From positions 489 to 64,488 of the forward strand of contig JBBQYL010000001.1 in the NCBI GenBank assembly GCA_038208735.1: a stretch of DNA of 64,000 nt, in the 5' to 3' direction. The DNA is from Burkholderiales bacterium. GTDB taxonomy: Bacteria; Pseudomonadota; Gammaproteobacteria; Burkholderiales; Burkholderiaceae_C. The notes beneath the pieces were generated by a model. It did no database searches. It was given only the letters and a program-made list of their open reading frames with translations, and was not told the origin of the DNA. Numbering within the stretch: position 1 is the stretch's first letter; every line of letters begins with the position of its first letter. This document shows, in pieces, positions 1 to 9,100 of the stretch. Made by a program: the position numbers and the translations under genes.

Positions 1-906
1 GCGGCCGTCCCGGTCGGTGCCGATGCGGATGCGCTGGATGGTGGCGGGGCGGTGCGTGCCGTTGTTCGGGATGAGCGGCCTCGCCAACGCGACCTTCACG
101 GGCCGGCCGACGGCGCGCGCGCCGAGTGCGGCCATGATGGCGTCGGAGCGCACGAACAGCTTGCCGCCGAAGCCCCCGCCGATGAACGGCGACACGAGGC
201 GCACCTTCGCCTTGGGAAGGCCCAGTGTCTTGGCCACGTCGCCCACGCCCCACGCGATCATCTGGTTGGACGTCCACAGCGTGAGGTGGTCGCCGTTCCA
301 CGCGGCGATGGACGCATGCGGCTCCATCATCGAGTGCGAATGGTCGGGCGTGGTGTAGGTGGCGTCGAGCTGCACGGGCGCGGCGGCGAACGCGGCGTCG
401 AAGTCGCCCACCTTGCTTTGCGGCGGGCCGGTCTGGTCGGTCTGCTTCGTGAGCTGCGCGCCGTCTTTCCCGGCGGCCAGGTCGAAGTGGCCCGGCGCCT
501 TCTCGTAGTCGATGCGCAGCAGCATCGCGGCATCGCGCGCCTGCTCGAACGTGGTGGCCACCACGATGGCCACCGCCTGGTGGTAGTGCTCGATCTCGGG
601 TCCGCCGAGCAGCTTGGCGGTGTTCTTCTCGCCCTTGCCCAGCTTGCCCGCGTTGCGTTGCGTGACGATGGCCAGCACGCCCGGCGCGGCCTTGGCGGCG
701 CGCTGGTCCATCGACACGATGCGGCCCTTGGCGATGGCGCTGCCCACGACCACGCCGTAGACCGGATCCTTGACGGCGTCGTGCCGCTCGTACGCGTAGG
801 GCGCGGTGCCGGTGGTCTTCAGGCCGCCGTCGATGCGGCGCGTCGGCTTGCCGACGATCTTGAGCTGGTCGATCGGATTGGTGGTGGCGGGGGTGTCGAA
901 CTTCAT
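1..906 (-). CDS. paoC: Xanthine dehydrogenase family molybdopterin-binding subunit (PaoC/YagR-like); 3' end lies beyond the window edge
   Basis: Translated by hand from ATG at 906: MKFDTPATTNPIDQLKIVGKPTRRIDGGLKTTGTAPYAYE...HSMMEPHASIA...SPFIGGGFGGKL. Follows paoB. Absent from the ORF track because it runs off the edge. Confidence 0.9.
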   Translation of the reverse strand, partial: MKFDTPATTNPIDQLKIVGKPTRRIDGGLKTTGTAPYAYERHDAVKDPVYGVVVGSAIAKGRIVSMDQRAAKAAPGVLAIVTQRNAGKLGKGEKNTAKLLGGPEIEHYHQAVAIVVATTFEQARDAAMLLRIDYEKAPGHFDLAAGKDGAQLTKQTDQTGPPQSKVGDFDAAFAAAPVQLDATYTTPDHSHSMMEPHASIAAWNGDHLTLWTSNQMIAWGVGDVAKTLGLPKAKVRLVSPFIGGGFGGKLFVRSDAIMAALGARAVGRPVKVALARPLIPNNGTHRPATIQRIRIGTDRDGR

Positions 907-909
907 GGC

Positions 910-1860
910 TCAGGCTCTCGCCTGGACGACGACCGCGGCCAGCGTGCGCTGGGCCAGCGTCAGCTTGAACGCGTTCTCCGCGGTGGGATGGGCATCGGCG
1001 AACAGCCGGTCGGTGACGGCCTTCGCGCCGCGCGGCAGCTCGGCCTCGCTTGCCGTGTCGCGCCACGGCTTGGGTGCGACGCCGCCCAGCGCGATGCGTC
1101 CGCTGCCGTCCTTCTGCACGACGGCGGCCACCGACACCAGCGCGAACGCGTACGACGCCCGGTCGCGCACCTTGCGGTAGATGTGCACGCCGCCAAGAGG
1201 CTCCGGCAACGTGACCGCGGTGATCAGCTCGCCCGGCTCGAGGGCGTTCTCCACCTGGGGCGTGCCCTCGGGCAACCTGTGAAAGTCCGCGATGGGGATG
1301 ACGCGCGTGGTGCCACCGGGCTTCACCGTCTCGATGGACGCATCGAGAAGGCGCATGGCCACGGCCATGTCGCCGGGATGCGTGGCGATGCAGGCCGGGC
1401 TGGCGCCGACCACGGCCAGCTGGCGGCTGTAGCCGCCGATGGCGCTGCAACTGCTTCCCGGCTGGCGCTTGTTGCAGGCCTGGTTGGTGTCGTAGAAATA
1501 CGGACAACGCGTGCGTTGCAGCAGGTTGCCCGCCGTCGTGGCCTTGTTGCGAAGCTGGCCCGAGGCGCCCGACAGCAGCGCCCGAGACAACACGGCGTAG
1601 TCGCGCCGCACGCGGTCGTCTGCGGCCAGGTCGGTGTTGCGCACCAGCGCGCCGATGCGCAGCCCGCCGTCCGCGGTCGGCGCGATCTGGTCCAGGCCCA
1701 GTGCGTTGACGTCGACCAGGTGCGGAGGCGTTTCGATCTGCAGCTTCATCAGGTCGAGCAGGTTGGTGCCGCCGGCGATGAAGCCCGCGCCGGGCTGCCT
1801 CGCAACCGCCGCGGCGGCCTCGGCGGGGCTGTTGGCGCGTTCGAAGGTGAATGGCTTCAT
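910..1860 (-). CDS. paoB: FAD-binding subunit of aldehyde oxidoreductase (PaoB/YagS-like)
   Basis: MKPFTFERA...[14 protein letters not shown]...[26 protein letters not shown]...[15 protein letters not shown]...[19 protein letters not shown]. Start overlaps the paoA stop. Confidence 0.92.
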   Translation of the reverse strand: MKPFTFERANSPAEAAAAVARQPGAGFIAGGTNLLDLMKLQIETPPHLVDVNALGLDQIAPTADGGLRIGALVRNTDLAADDRVRRDYAVLSRALLSGASGQLRNKATTAGNLLQRTRCPYFYDTNQACNKRQPGSSCSAIGGYSRQLAVVGASPACIATHPGDMAVAMRLLDASIETVKPGGTTRVIPIADFHRLPEGTPQVENALEPGELITAVTLPEPLGGVHIYRKVRDRASYAFALVSVAAVVQKDGSGRIALGGVAPKPWRDTASEAELPRGAKAVTDRLFADAHPTAENAFKLTLAQRTLAAVVVQARA

Positions 1861-2509
1861 GCGCACGCTCCGTTGACTTCGGTGATCGCATCGACGATGT
1901 TGGAATGCGCGCCACAGCGGCAGATGTTGCCGCTCATTCGTTCGCGCAACTCGTCGACGGACAGCAGCGGGCGGACGCTCAGGTCGGCGGTGACGTGGCT
2001 GGGAACCCCGCGCTTGACTTCGTCGAGCACGCCCACGGCCGAGCAGATTTCCCCTGGGGTGCATACCCGCACGGGTAGCTCTCGTGCTTGATGAAGGCCT
2101 CCTGCAGCGGATGCAGGTGCTCGGGCGTGCCCAGGCCCTCGATGGTGGTGACCTGCGCGTCGGGATGCATCACCGCCAGCGTGAGGCACGAGTTGATGCG
2201 GCGTCCGTCCACGATCACCGTGCACGCGCCGCACTGGCCGTGGTCGCAGCCCTTCTTGGTGCCCGTCAGGTGCAGGTGCTCGCGCAACGCGTCGAGCAAC
2301 GTCGTGCGGGTGTCGAGGTCGAGCGTGGTCGACTTGCCGTTGATCGACAGCGTCACCTGCGCGGTCGGCACGCTGGCGAGCGGCGCGGTGGCCGCCGGCG
2401 CTGCCGCCTCTGCCGACCCGCTGGCCACCAGTGCGGCCGATGACGCGCCGGTCAACAACAGCTCGCGCCGGGTCAGGGGGAGATGGCTCCCCGCTTGTCG
2501 TTCCATCAT
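1857..2509 (-). pseudogene. paoA: 2Fe-2S subunit PaoA/YagT with Tat signal, interrupted by a 1-nt frameshift near 2063 (real or sequencing error)
   Basis: One frame gives TRRELLL (Tat), GTKKGCDHGQCGACT and INSCL up to HESYPCGY. Another frame continues [10 protein letters not shown]...[13 protein letters not shown]. Length 653 nt is one short of a multiple of 3. AGGAG RBS upstream. Confidence 0.85.
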
Positions 2510-2615
2510 TTTTCGCTCCTCGCTCCTCGCTCCTCGCCGCTGGACGCTATCCAACGCGAGTTCGAGGCAAACGCGGTACCCCGCCGAGTGCGGCGCGGCA
2601 AACTCGTGCCGACGC

Positions 2616-3132
2616 CTACTTCACGCGTTTTCCATTGATGGACGAGGCTTCCACTGCCCACCCGTTGCCCGTCGCCAGGAAGTGCGCGTCGCCGTCCGCC
2701 GCCACGCGGTCGCCCAAGGACAGCTTGAGCTTGGTGAAGCCGTCGGGCTTCACATGGATGAAGTCGCCGCTGTCGAGCACGTAGCCGCTCGGCGCGCCAT
2801 GCTTGGCGTAGTTGAGCTGGACGATCGTGCCTGAATAGCCTGCGCCCTTCGCGGCGGCCTTTGAAGGCAGGCGCCGTCCACGGACACGAGTTTCTGGAAC
2901 GCGTGCACGGGATGCTCACCGTCTCCCTTGCTGGAAGGCGGCATGTCCTCCGTCGAGACGATGATCGCCTGGCCGGCGACGAGTCCTGCCACGAGGTGCG
3001 CCGTCTTCTCGTCGTGCTTGTCGACGACCACCTGGATTGGCTGGCCCGAGACGCGCAGCAGGGAGCCCTCCACGTCGCCCTTGGGGCTGTAGACGACTGG
3101 AGGAAGGTGCCGTTGAGTTTCGTGGTGGTCAT
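2616..3132 (-). pseudogene. Hypothetical protein (~172 aa if repaired) with two apparent -1 frameshifts, near 3096 and near 2870
   Basis: MTTTKLNGTFLQ / VYSPKGDVEGSLLRVSGQPIQ...KLVSVDG / KAAAKGAGYSGTIVQLNYAKHGAPSGYVLDSGDFIHVKPDG...NGKRVK* join across three frames. 517 nt + 2 = 173 codons. Confidence 0.6.
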
Positions 3133-3343
3133 GGGCGGATCAGCAGATGAAGTCTCCGCCGAACGGCATTCGATGTGCCGTCAGGAAGTCGTCGATCGTC
3201 ACGAGACTCGCGACAGCGCCGACAAGTTCGAGATCAAGGGCGCGATCCGGGACACCGCCGACGTGATCGGCGCGCCGTCGTTTGCTCAGCGGGCGCCTGA
3301 ATTGCTGCAATTGCCGCGTCAATCAAAAGAACGGAGGGATCGT

Positions 3344-3571
3344 ATGGCAACGTATGGCGAGAAGTCTGGCGAGAAGGTGCAACGCGCGATGGACGAGATG
3401 AAGCAAGGCACGCTCAAGAGCGGCGGCTCGGGCAAGAAGGTGACCGACCCGAAGCAGGCGATCGCCATCGGCTTGTGGGAGGCTCGCGCCGAAGGTGCGA
3501 AGGTGCCCGCGAAGAAGGCCCCCGCCAGGAAGGCCGCCCCGCGCAAGACTGCAGCTCGCAAGTCCACCTGA
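3344..3571 (+). CDS. Small basic DUF6496-like protein with Lys/Ala-rich tail
   Basis: KVQRAMDEMKQGTLKSGGSGKKVTDPKQAIAIGL-EAR matches my recollection of this family. GGAGG RBS upstream. Confidence 0.75.
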   Translation: MATYGEKSGEKVQRAMDEMKQGTLKSGGSGKKVTDPKQAIAIGLWEARAEGAKVPAKKAPARKAAPRKTAARKST

Positions 3572-3579
3572 GCAAGCCC

Positions 3580-3612
3580 CCGCACGCGAGACGCGAAGCG
3601 TCCCGCGTGCGG
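3580..3612. terminator. Hairpin between convergent genes, probable terminator
   Basis: ccgcacgcgagacgc-gaa-gcgtcccgcgtgcgg; 14 of 15 pairs. Confidence 0.55.
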
Positions 3613-3619
3613 CCTCGTT

Positions 3620-4474
3620 TCACGTTCCCGCCAGCCGCTCCACCGCCAGGTCGACCAGCGCGCGCAGCCGCCGCAGCCGACGCAGGTCGCGGTGGAAGCC
3701 CACCCATACGTCGCGGCCGGGCGGCGGCGTGTCCACCTTGAGCCGCCGCAGGCCCGGCATGGCGTCGGCCAGCGGACGCGGCAGCACGGCCAGGCCCACG
3801 CCCTCGACGCACATGCGCGCCTGGGCCTCGCGGCTGTTGCTGGTGAACGCGACGTGCGCGCGGGGCAGCGTCTGCTTGAGCCAGCGCGCATCGGGGAAGT
3901 CGCGGTAGGCGGCGTCCAGCGTGATCAGCGCGCAGCCTTCGCCGTCCTTGGCCAGCGGCCGGCCGCGTCCCTTGGCCGTGTACAGCCCGTAGGGGATGGT
4001 CGTGAGCCGGCGCTGCACGATGTCGGGCTCGGCGAAGGGCTGGATGCGGAACGCCAGGTCGGCCTCGCGCCGCGCCAGGTTGAGCAGCCGCGCGTCGGTC
4101 ACCAGCTCGATGGTGACGCGCGGGTGGGCCTTCACGAACTCGGCGAACACCGGCGTGAGCATGTGCACGCCGAACCAGTCGGACGAGGACACGCGCAACT
4201 GGCCATCGAGCGCCTGTCCCTGGCTGGCCAGCTCGCGCTCGAAGGCGATGGACTCCTCCTCCATGCGCTCGGCATGCGCCAGCAGCGCGGCGCCCTCGTC
4301 GGTGAGCGTGAAGCCCTCGGCGCCGCGCTGGAACAGCGCATGGCCCACGTCGCCCTCCAGCGCCTTCAGCCGCCGTCCCATGGTGGGTTGGCTCTGGCCG
4401 GTGAGCCGCGCCGCGCCGTTGAGCGAGTGCGCGCGGGCGATGGCGAGAAAGATGCGGACGTCGCTCCACTCCAT
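3620..4474 (-). CDS. LysR-family transcriptional regulator
   Basis: MEWSDVRIFLAIARAHSLNGAARLTGQSQPTMGRRLKALE HTH plus substrate-binding domain. Divergent from the oxidoreductase. Confidence 0.95.
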   Translation of the reverse strand: MEWSDVRIFLAIARAHSLNGAARLTGQSQPTMGRRLKALEGDVGHALFQRGAEGFTLTDEGAALLAHAERMEEESIAFERELASQGQALDGQLRVSSSDWFGVHMLTPVFAEFVKAHPRVTIELVTDARLLNLARREADLAFRIQPFAEPDIVQRRLTTIPYGLYTAKGRGRPLAKDGEGCALITLDAAYRDFPDARWLKQTLPRAHVAFTSNSREAQARMCVEGVGLAVLPRPLADAMPGLRRLKVDTPPPGRDVWVGFHRDLRRLRRLRALVDLAVERLAGT

Positions 4475-4578
4475 GGCGGCCTCTACAAAAGTGAATGGCG
4501 ATCATGCATGGCTGTCAATTTACATGCAAGGGTGAATAGAAAAGAATGACATCGCTAACTCGGACAAAGGAACCCGCC

Positions 4579-5481
4579 ATGACCGCCTCTTCTTCCACCA
4601 CGATGCGCGCTCTCGTCGTCGACGCCGCCAACGCCCCGTTTGCCCCGCGCCAGGTGGCGCGCCCCGTGGCCGGCCCTGGCCAAGTGCTGGTGCAGGTCGC
4701 GGCCAGCGGCGTCAATCCGCTGGATACCAAGATCCGCGCCGGCGCCGCGGCGCATGCGAAGCATCCGTTCCCGGCCATCCTCGGCATGGACCTGGCCGGC
4801 GTGGTGCGCGCGGTGGGCAGCGGCGTGGAGCGCTTGCGCGTCGGCGACGAGGTGGTCGGCCTCACCGGCGGCGTGGGCGGCCTGCAGGGCTCTCTGGCCG
4901 AGTACGCGGCCGTCGACCCCGACCTGCTGGGGCACAAGCCGGCCAACCTGTCGATGCGCGAGGCCGCGGCCCTGCCGCTGATCGCCATCACCGCTTGGGA
5001 AGGCCTGGTCGACCGCGCCCACACGCACGCCGGACAGAAGGTACTGGTGCACGGCGGCGCCGGCGGCGTGGGCCACGTGGCCGTGCAGATCGCCAAGGCG
5101 CTCGGGTCCGAGGTGTTCGCCACGGCCTCCGCCGGCCAGGCCGACCTGGTGCGCCGCCTCGGCGCGACGCCCATCGACTACGCCACCGCCAACGTCGACG
5201 ACTACGTGGCGCAGTACACCGCCGGAGAAGGTTTCGACGTGGTCTACGACACCGTGGGCGGCGCCGTGCTCGATGCGTCGTTCCTTGCCGCCAGGGCGTA
5301 CCACGGCCACGTGGTGAGCTGCCTGGGCTGGGGCACGCACGCGCTGGCCCCGCTGTCGTTCCGCGCGGCCACCTACTCGGGCGTGTTCACGCTGCTGCCG
5401 ATGCTCACGGGCCGGGGCCGCGCCAACCACGGCCACATCCTGGAGGAAGTGCGAAAGCTGGTGGTGGACGTGCGGGCCTGA
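4579..5481 (+). CDS. MDR-family (zinc-type ADH-like / quinone oxidoreductase) NAD(P)H oxidoreductase; C-terminus looks shortened
   Basis: VQVAASGVNPLDTKIRAG, LGMDLAGVV, VLVHGGAGGVGHVAVQIAK. AAGGA RBS before ATG 4579. Confidence 0.88.
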   Translation: MTASSSTTMRALVVDAANAPFAPRQVARPVAGPGQVLVQVAASGVNPLDTKIRAGAAAHAKHPFPAILGMDLAGVVRAVGSGVERLRVGDEVVGLTGGVGGLQGSLAEYAAVDPDLLGHKPANLSMREAAALPLIAITAWEGLVDRAHTHAGQKVLVHGGAGGVGHVAVQIAKALGSEVFATASAGQADLVRRLGATPIDYATANVDDYVAQYTAGEGFDVVYDTVGGAVLDASFLAARAYHGHVVSCLGWGTHALAPLSFRAATYSGVFTLLPMLTGRGRANHGHILEEVRKLVVDVRA

Positions 5482-5659
5482 GCGTCCGGCCCGTTTCTGT
5501 GCGGCATGCTACGGCTGCACCGGGGCAGCCTGCGCGAGTTGATGGTCGATCTGGCCGAAGAACTCACCGGCGTGCGACGCTGAGGCGGCGCGGGATTTCC
5601 ACGGCTGGCACGCCCTCGATCCGGCGAGACAATGGTCGAGTCGTCAACGCTCACCAAGG

Positions 5660-6085
5660 ATGCCCGTGGAGCCCATTGCTGCCTTCGCCCCGCCCAAGAG
5701 TTCCGTCCAGGACGTCGTCGAACCGGCGCGCATACCCATGCTGTTCAAGGTCATGCTCGTGGCCTTCTTCATCCTCGAAGGGCTGGGTATTCTCATTGGC
5801 AGGTCCATGGGAGGCATCGTCTGGATCGGTGTGATGGCCATTGCCGCCTGGGCCACCCTCGATGGCAATCGAGCCGCATCGCGCGTGCTGGGCTGTTTCC
5901 TGGCCTTCAATGTCGTTCTTGCGCTCGTGGCTGCTGCGGCAGCGTTCCGCCACAGTGCGCTTGCGGGCAGCATCTGTGTCGGCCTGGCCGTCTACGTGGG
6001 CGTCCTTGCCGGCTACATTTTCTTCAATCCGCGCATGCAGGCGGTCTTCGGAAAAGCCGAGGCGAAGAAGTGGAGCGGCGGCTGA
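5660..6085 (+). CDS. Hypothetical inner-membrane protein (about 4 TM helices)
   Basis: 141-aa ORF with four hydrophobic stretches; codon usage less GC-rich than its neighbours. Confidence 0.6.
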   Translation: MPVEPIAAFAPPKSSVQDVVEPARIPMLFKVMLVAFFILEGLGILIGRSMGGIVWIGVMAIAAWATLDGNRAASRVLGCFLAFNVVLALVAAAAAFRHSALAGSICVGLAVYVGVLAGYIFFNPRMQAVFGKAEAKKWSGG

Positions 6086-6181
6086 GTCCGCCTCGAGCGG
6101 CATTGTTGCGGCGAGTGCACATCCACCCCGGGCAACACCCCGGCAATCAACGGCGCAGCGTCACTGGCCTAACATGGTCGC

Positions 6182-8164
6182 GTGACCCCGACCGCCTACG
6201 AACGCCACCTCGAACGCGCCGTTGCGCTGCTGTCGCGCCGCGTGCGCAGCGGCGCCGCAGGCCTCAGCGGCGAGATCGCCGCCGCCCCCGTGACCAACGC
6301 CGCGTTGCGCGCGCTGCGCGGCGAGGTCGCCTCGACGCTTGCGCGCCGCCACGCCCAGTTCGCGGCCGCGTTTGCCGACGCGTTGAAGCAGTCGGCCATC
6401 GAGTTCACGCATCCGCCCGCGGCGAAGCCGCCCGGCCAGTGGCTGGACCTGGGCGCATTCGAGATCATGGACGAGTCGCGCATCCAGGAGGAGATCGAGG
6501 TGGCCCAGGTCGTGCGGATCCTCGACGAGGACTGCACGGTGGAACTGCGCCGGCTGATCAAGTTCGAGGGCGCGTTGCGCCGCTCCGAGGGCGTGCGCGT
6601 GGCCGCGTCGCCCATCGGTCCGCCGTGCCTGGCGCGCGCGCTGTGGGCCGGTTCGGACGGCCTGGGCCTGGCGCCGCCGGAGCGCGCCGAGCTCGTGCGC
6701 TGCGTCGCGCGCTGGCTGGCCCCGCGTTTGGGCGAGCTCCTTGCCGCCGTGCGCCAGGCCGGCTTCGCGGACGCCTCGCACCTGGAGGCTACCGACCGCG
6801 GTGGCGAAGGCGTCGAAGAACGGTCCACGGTCCACCCACCCACCGGCTTCGACGTCACGCGACCCGGCGCGCTGTTCGAGCTGATGGACCTGGACGAGCA
6901 GCGCCCCGTGTTCGCGGCCTCCACGGCGCACACGCCCCTCGACCGCATTCCCGACACCCTGCCGATGCCGCTCGACGGCGACGACGCGCGCATTCCGGGG
7001 CTGATCCACAGCCATCGCGAGGAACTCACCGCGCTGCGCGACGCCAGCAGTTCCCGGCTGGCGGCGGCGCTCATCGGCCACCTGTTCGTACAGATCGTGG
7101 CCGACGCCGCGCTGTCGGACGCGGCGCGCGTCTGGCTCGCCCGCGTGCAGCCGCTGGTGGTGCAGCTGGCCACGCACGACGCCACGCTGCTGCAGTCGCA
7201 CCGACATCCGGTGTGGACGCTGGTCAACCGCGTGGCCACCACGATGAAGGCCGACAAGGGGCCGCCGGCGCCGGAGTTCGAGCAGTGGCTGTCCGACACG
7301 CTCGCGCAGGTGACGGCCGACCCGTCGACCGCGTCGTTCGAGGCGGCGGGCGAACGGCTGGGGCAGTGGCAGCGCCAGCAGGCGCAGCGCCGGCTGACGT
7401 CGGTGGAGGGTGCGCTCGACCTGCTGCGCCGCAACGCCTCGCTGGAGGAATTGGTGGAGCAGGCCAAGGCGCGGCTGCAGCGCAAGCTCGACTCGGCCAG
7501 GCCGCCGTCGCAGACGCGACGCTTCATCCTGACGCTGTGGGCGCTGGTGGTCGCGCAGGAGTGGACGACCCTGGGGCCCGAGCTGCGTCGCAACTCGCCG
7601 GCCATGGACACCGCCGTCGACATGATCTGGTCCACCGACAAGTCGCGCTCGCGCGCCGACGCGTCCACGTTGGTGGCGATGATTCCTGAACTGGTGGAGC
7701 GCGTGACGGCCGGCATGACCACCGTCAAGCTGTCCGACGCGATGCGCAAGGCCTGGCTCGACCAGATCGCCGCCATCCACCTGCACGCCATGCGCCGCCC
7801 TGCCGCCGAAGAGCCCGCCGCGGGGCCGGTCACCGTCGACCTGGAACTGGACGACGAACTCCCGCCGCCGCCGCCGCCACCGCCTCCGGCGCCGGTCCGC
7901 GCGTCGGACGCGTCGTCCCCGGTCGCGTCGCTGCAGATCGGCGACACCGTCTCGATGCAATTGCACGGCGACTGGCAGGACGTGCAACTGCTGTGGATGA
8001 GCGACAACGGCTACTTCCTGCTGTTCGCCGGCAACGGCGACGGCTCGCACAGCTTCACGCGCAAGGCGCTCGAGAAGATGGCCGCCCAGGGTCTGCTGCG
8101 CACCGCCGATTCCGGCTCGGCGCTGCAGCGCGCCAGCGACGAGCTCATTCGCCGCCGGCACTAG
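6182..8164 (+). CDS. DUF1631-like helical protein with poly-Pro linker and small C-terminal beta domain
   Basis: 660 aa; RVQPLVVQLATHDATLLQSHRHPVWTLVNRVA and LQIGDTVSMQLHGDWQDVQLLWMSDNGYFLLF resemble DUF1631 members. Confidence 0.65.
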   Translation: MTPTAYERHLERAVALLSRRVRSGAAGLSGEIAAAPVTNAALRALRGEVASTLARRHAQFAAAFADALKQSAIEFTHPPAAKPPGQWLDLGAFEIMDESRIQEEIEVAQVVRILDEDCTVELRRLIKFEGALRRSEGVRVAASPIGPPCLARALWAGSDGLGLAPPERAELVRCVARWLAPRLGELLAAVRQAGFADASHLEATDRGGEGVEERSTVHPPTGFDVTRPGALFELMDLDEQRPVFAASTAHTPLDRIPDTLPMPLDGDDARIPGLIHSHREELTALRDASSSRLAAALIGHLFVQIVADAALSDAARVWLARVQPLVVQLATHDATLLQSHRHPVWTLVNRVATTMKADKGPPAPEFEQWLSDTLAQVTADPSTASFEAAGERLGQWQRQQAQRRLTSVEGALDLLRRNASLEELVEQAKARLQRKLDSARPPSQTRRFILTLWALVVAQEWTTLGPELRRNSPAMDTAVDMIWSTDKSRSRADASTLVAMIPELVERVTAGMTTVKLSDAMRKAWLDQIAAIHLHAMRRPAAEEPAAGPVTVDLELDDELPPPPPPPPPAPVRASDASSPVASLQIGDTVSMQLHGDWQDVQLLWMSDNGYFLLFAGNGDGSHSFTRKALEKMAAQGLLRTADSGSALQRASDELIRRRH

Positions 8165-8171
8165 GATCTGT

Positions 8172-8906
8172 TCAGGCCTCGGGCGCCTGCAGCACAGGCC
8201 CCGGCCCGGCCGGCCGGCGCAGCAGCGCCAGGTGCAGCGTCTGCGTCAGCAGTTCGAGCGGATACACGGCATCCATCAGGTCGAACACCATGCGCCACTC
8301 CGCGAGCGTGCCGCGCCACCAGCCGATCTTCTCGGTCTTGCGCGACTGGGTGACGTCGCGCCAGTTCGCCACGGCTACCGGCAGGCGGGCGGCGATGATG
8401 CGCTTGTTCATGAACACCTCGATGCCGAAGCGGGGCAGGGCGTGGATCTCGTGCAGCACGTCGGCCAGCAGGCGCCGGTCCACCACGCGCTCGCCCGACA
8501 CGAAGTCGATGCCGGCCCAGCGGAAGATGGCCAGGCTGTTGCGGCGCAGGCTCATGCTGACGGCGGCGCGGCCAGACAGCACCGGCAGCGCCAGGGCGTC
8601 GAGATCCTGGGCGCGCAGGCCCTTCAGGTCGGCGTCCAGCAGCATCAGCAGGTCGTGGCGCGCGGCGGCGACGCCGGTGGCGATGGCCTGGCTCTTGCCG
8701 CGGTTGCGCGCATGCGTGAGAAGGCGCACGCGCGGGTGACGCGACACCACTGCGGCCGTGTCGTCGGTCGACCCGTCGTCGACGACGATCACCTCGGCCA
8801 CCAGCGGGTGCGCTGCGGCCACCTCCAGCACCGCGCCGATGCGCGGGCCCTCGTTGAAGGCGCAGACGATGCAGGTGATGCGGGGCGTTGAGGCGAAGTG
8901 ATCCAT
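8172..8906 (-). CDS. Glycosyltransferase family 2 (polyprenol-phosphate/GpgS-like)
   Basis: IVCAFNEGPRI, VIVVDDGSTDDT, NRGKSQA, LLMLLDADL. Confidence 0.9.
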   Translation of the reverse strand: MDHFASTPRITCIVCAFNEGPRIGAVLEVAAAHPLVAEVIVVDDGSTDDTAAVVSRHPRVRLLTHARNRGKSQAIATGVAAARHDLLMLLDADLKGLRAQDLDALALPVLSGRAAVSMSLRRNSLAIFRWAGIDFVSGERVVDRRLLADVLHEIHALPRFGIEVFMNKRIIAARLPVAVANWRDVTQSRKTEKIGWWRGTLAEWRMVFDLMDAVYPLELLTQTLHLALLRRPAGPGPVLQAPEA

Positions 8907-9015
8907 GCGCGGCCATCGAGTGGGGACTTGCTCACTATCGACGCGCTTCGTGACAGCGTCACGGCATCGGCATCGGCATCGGCGATCGCCTGTCGGAGGC
9001 GTGTCCGTGTCGCGC

Positions 9016-9055
9016 CTGTCGTCGCGGCGTCATCGAGATGTCATGACCCCTTCAC
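9016..9055 (+). promoter_or_regulatory. PHO-box-like array (four half-sites at 11-bp spacing) upstream of lplT
   Basis: CTGTCGT(9016), GCGTCAT(9027), ATGTCAT(9038), CCTTCAC(9049), compared with the PhoB consensus CTGTCAT-N4-CTGTCAC. Confidence 0.55.
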
Positions 9056-9100
9056 GCGCAGGCCCGAGGCTCGCAAGCTGTCTCCATCCTGTCTGCCGCG

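Noticed and set aside
2512-2537. (GAGGAGC)x3 repeat on the minus strand upstream of paoA
   Set aside because: A short duplication of the SD region; too small to interpret.
3140-3322. 60-aa ORF upstream of the frameshifted hypothetical gene
   Set aside because: TTG start with no recognisable motif, in a damaged region. It could be a remnant but is unsupported.
8962-8980. (GGCATC)x3 and a small gtgac-agc-gtcac palindrome near 8950
   Set aside because: Too short; no correctly phased second PHO half-site for the GT2 gene.
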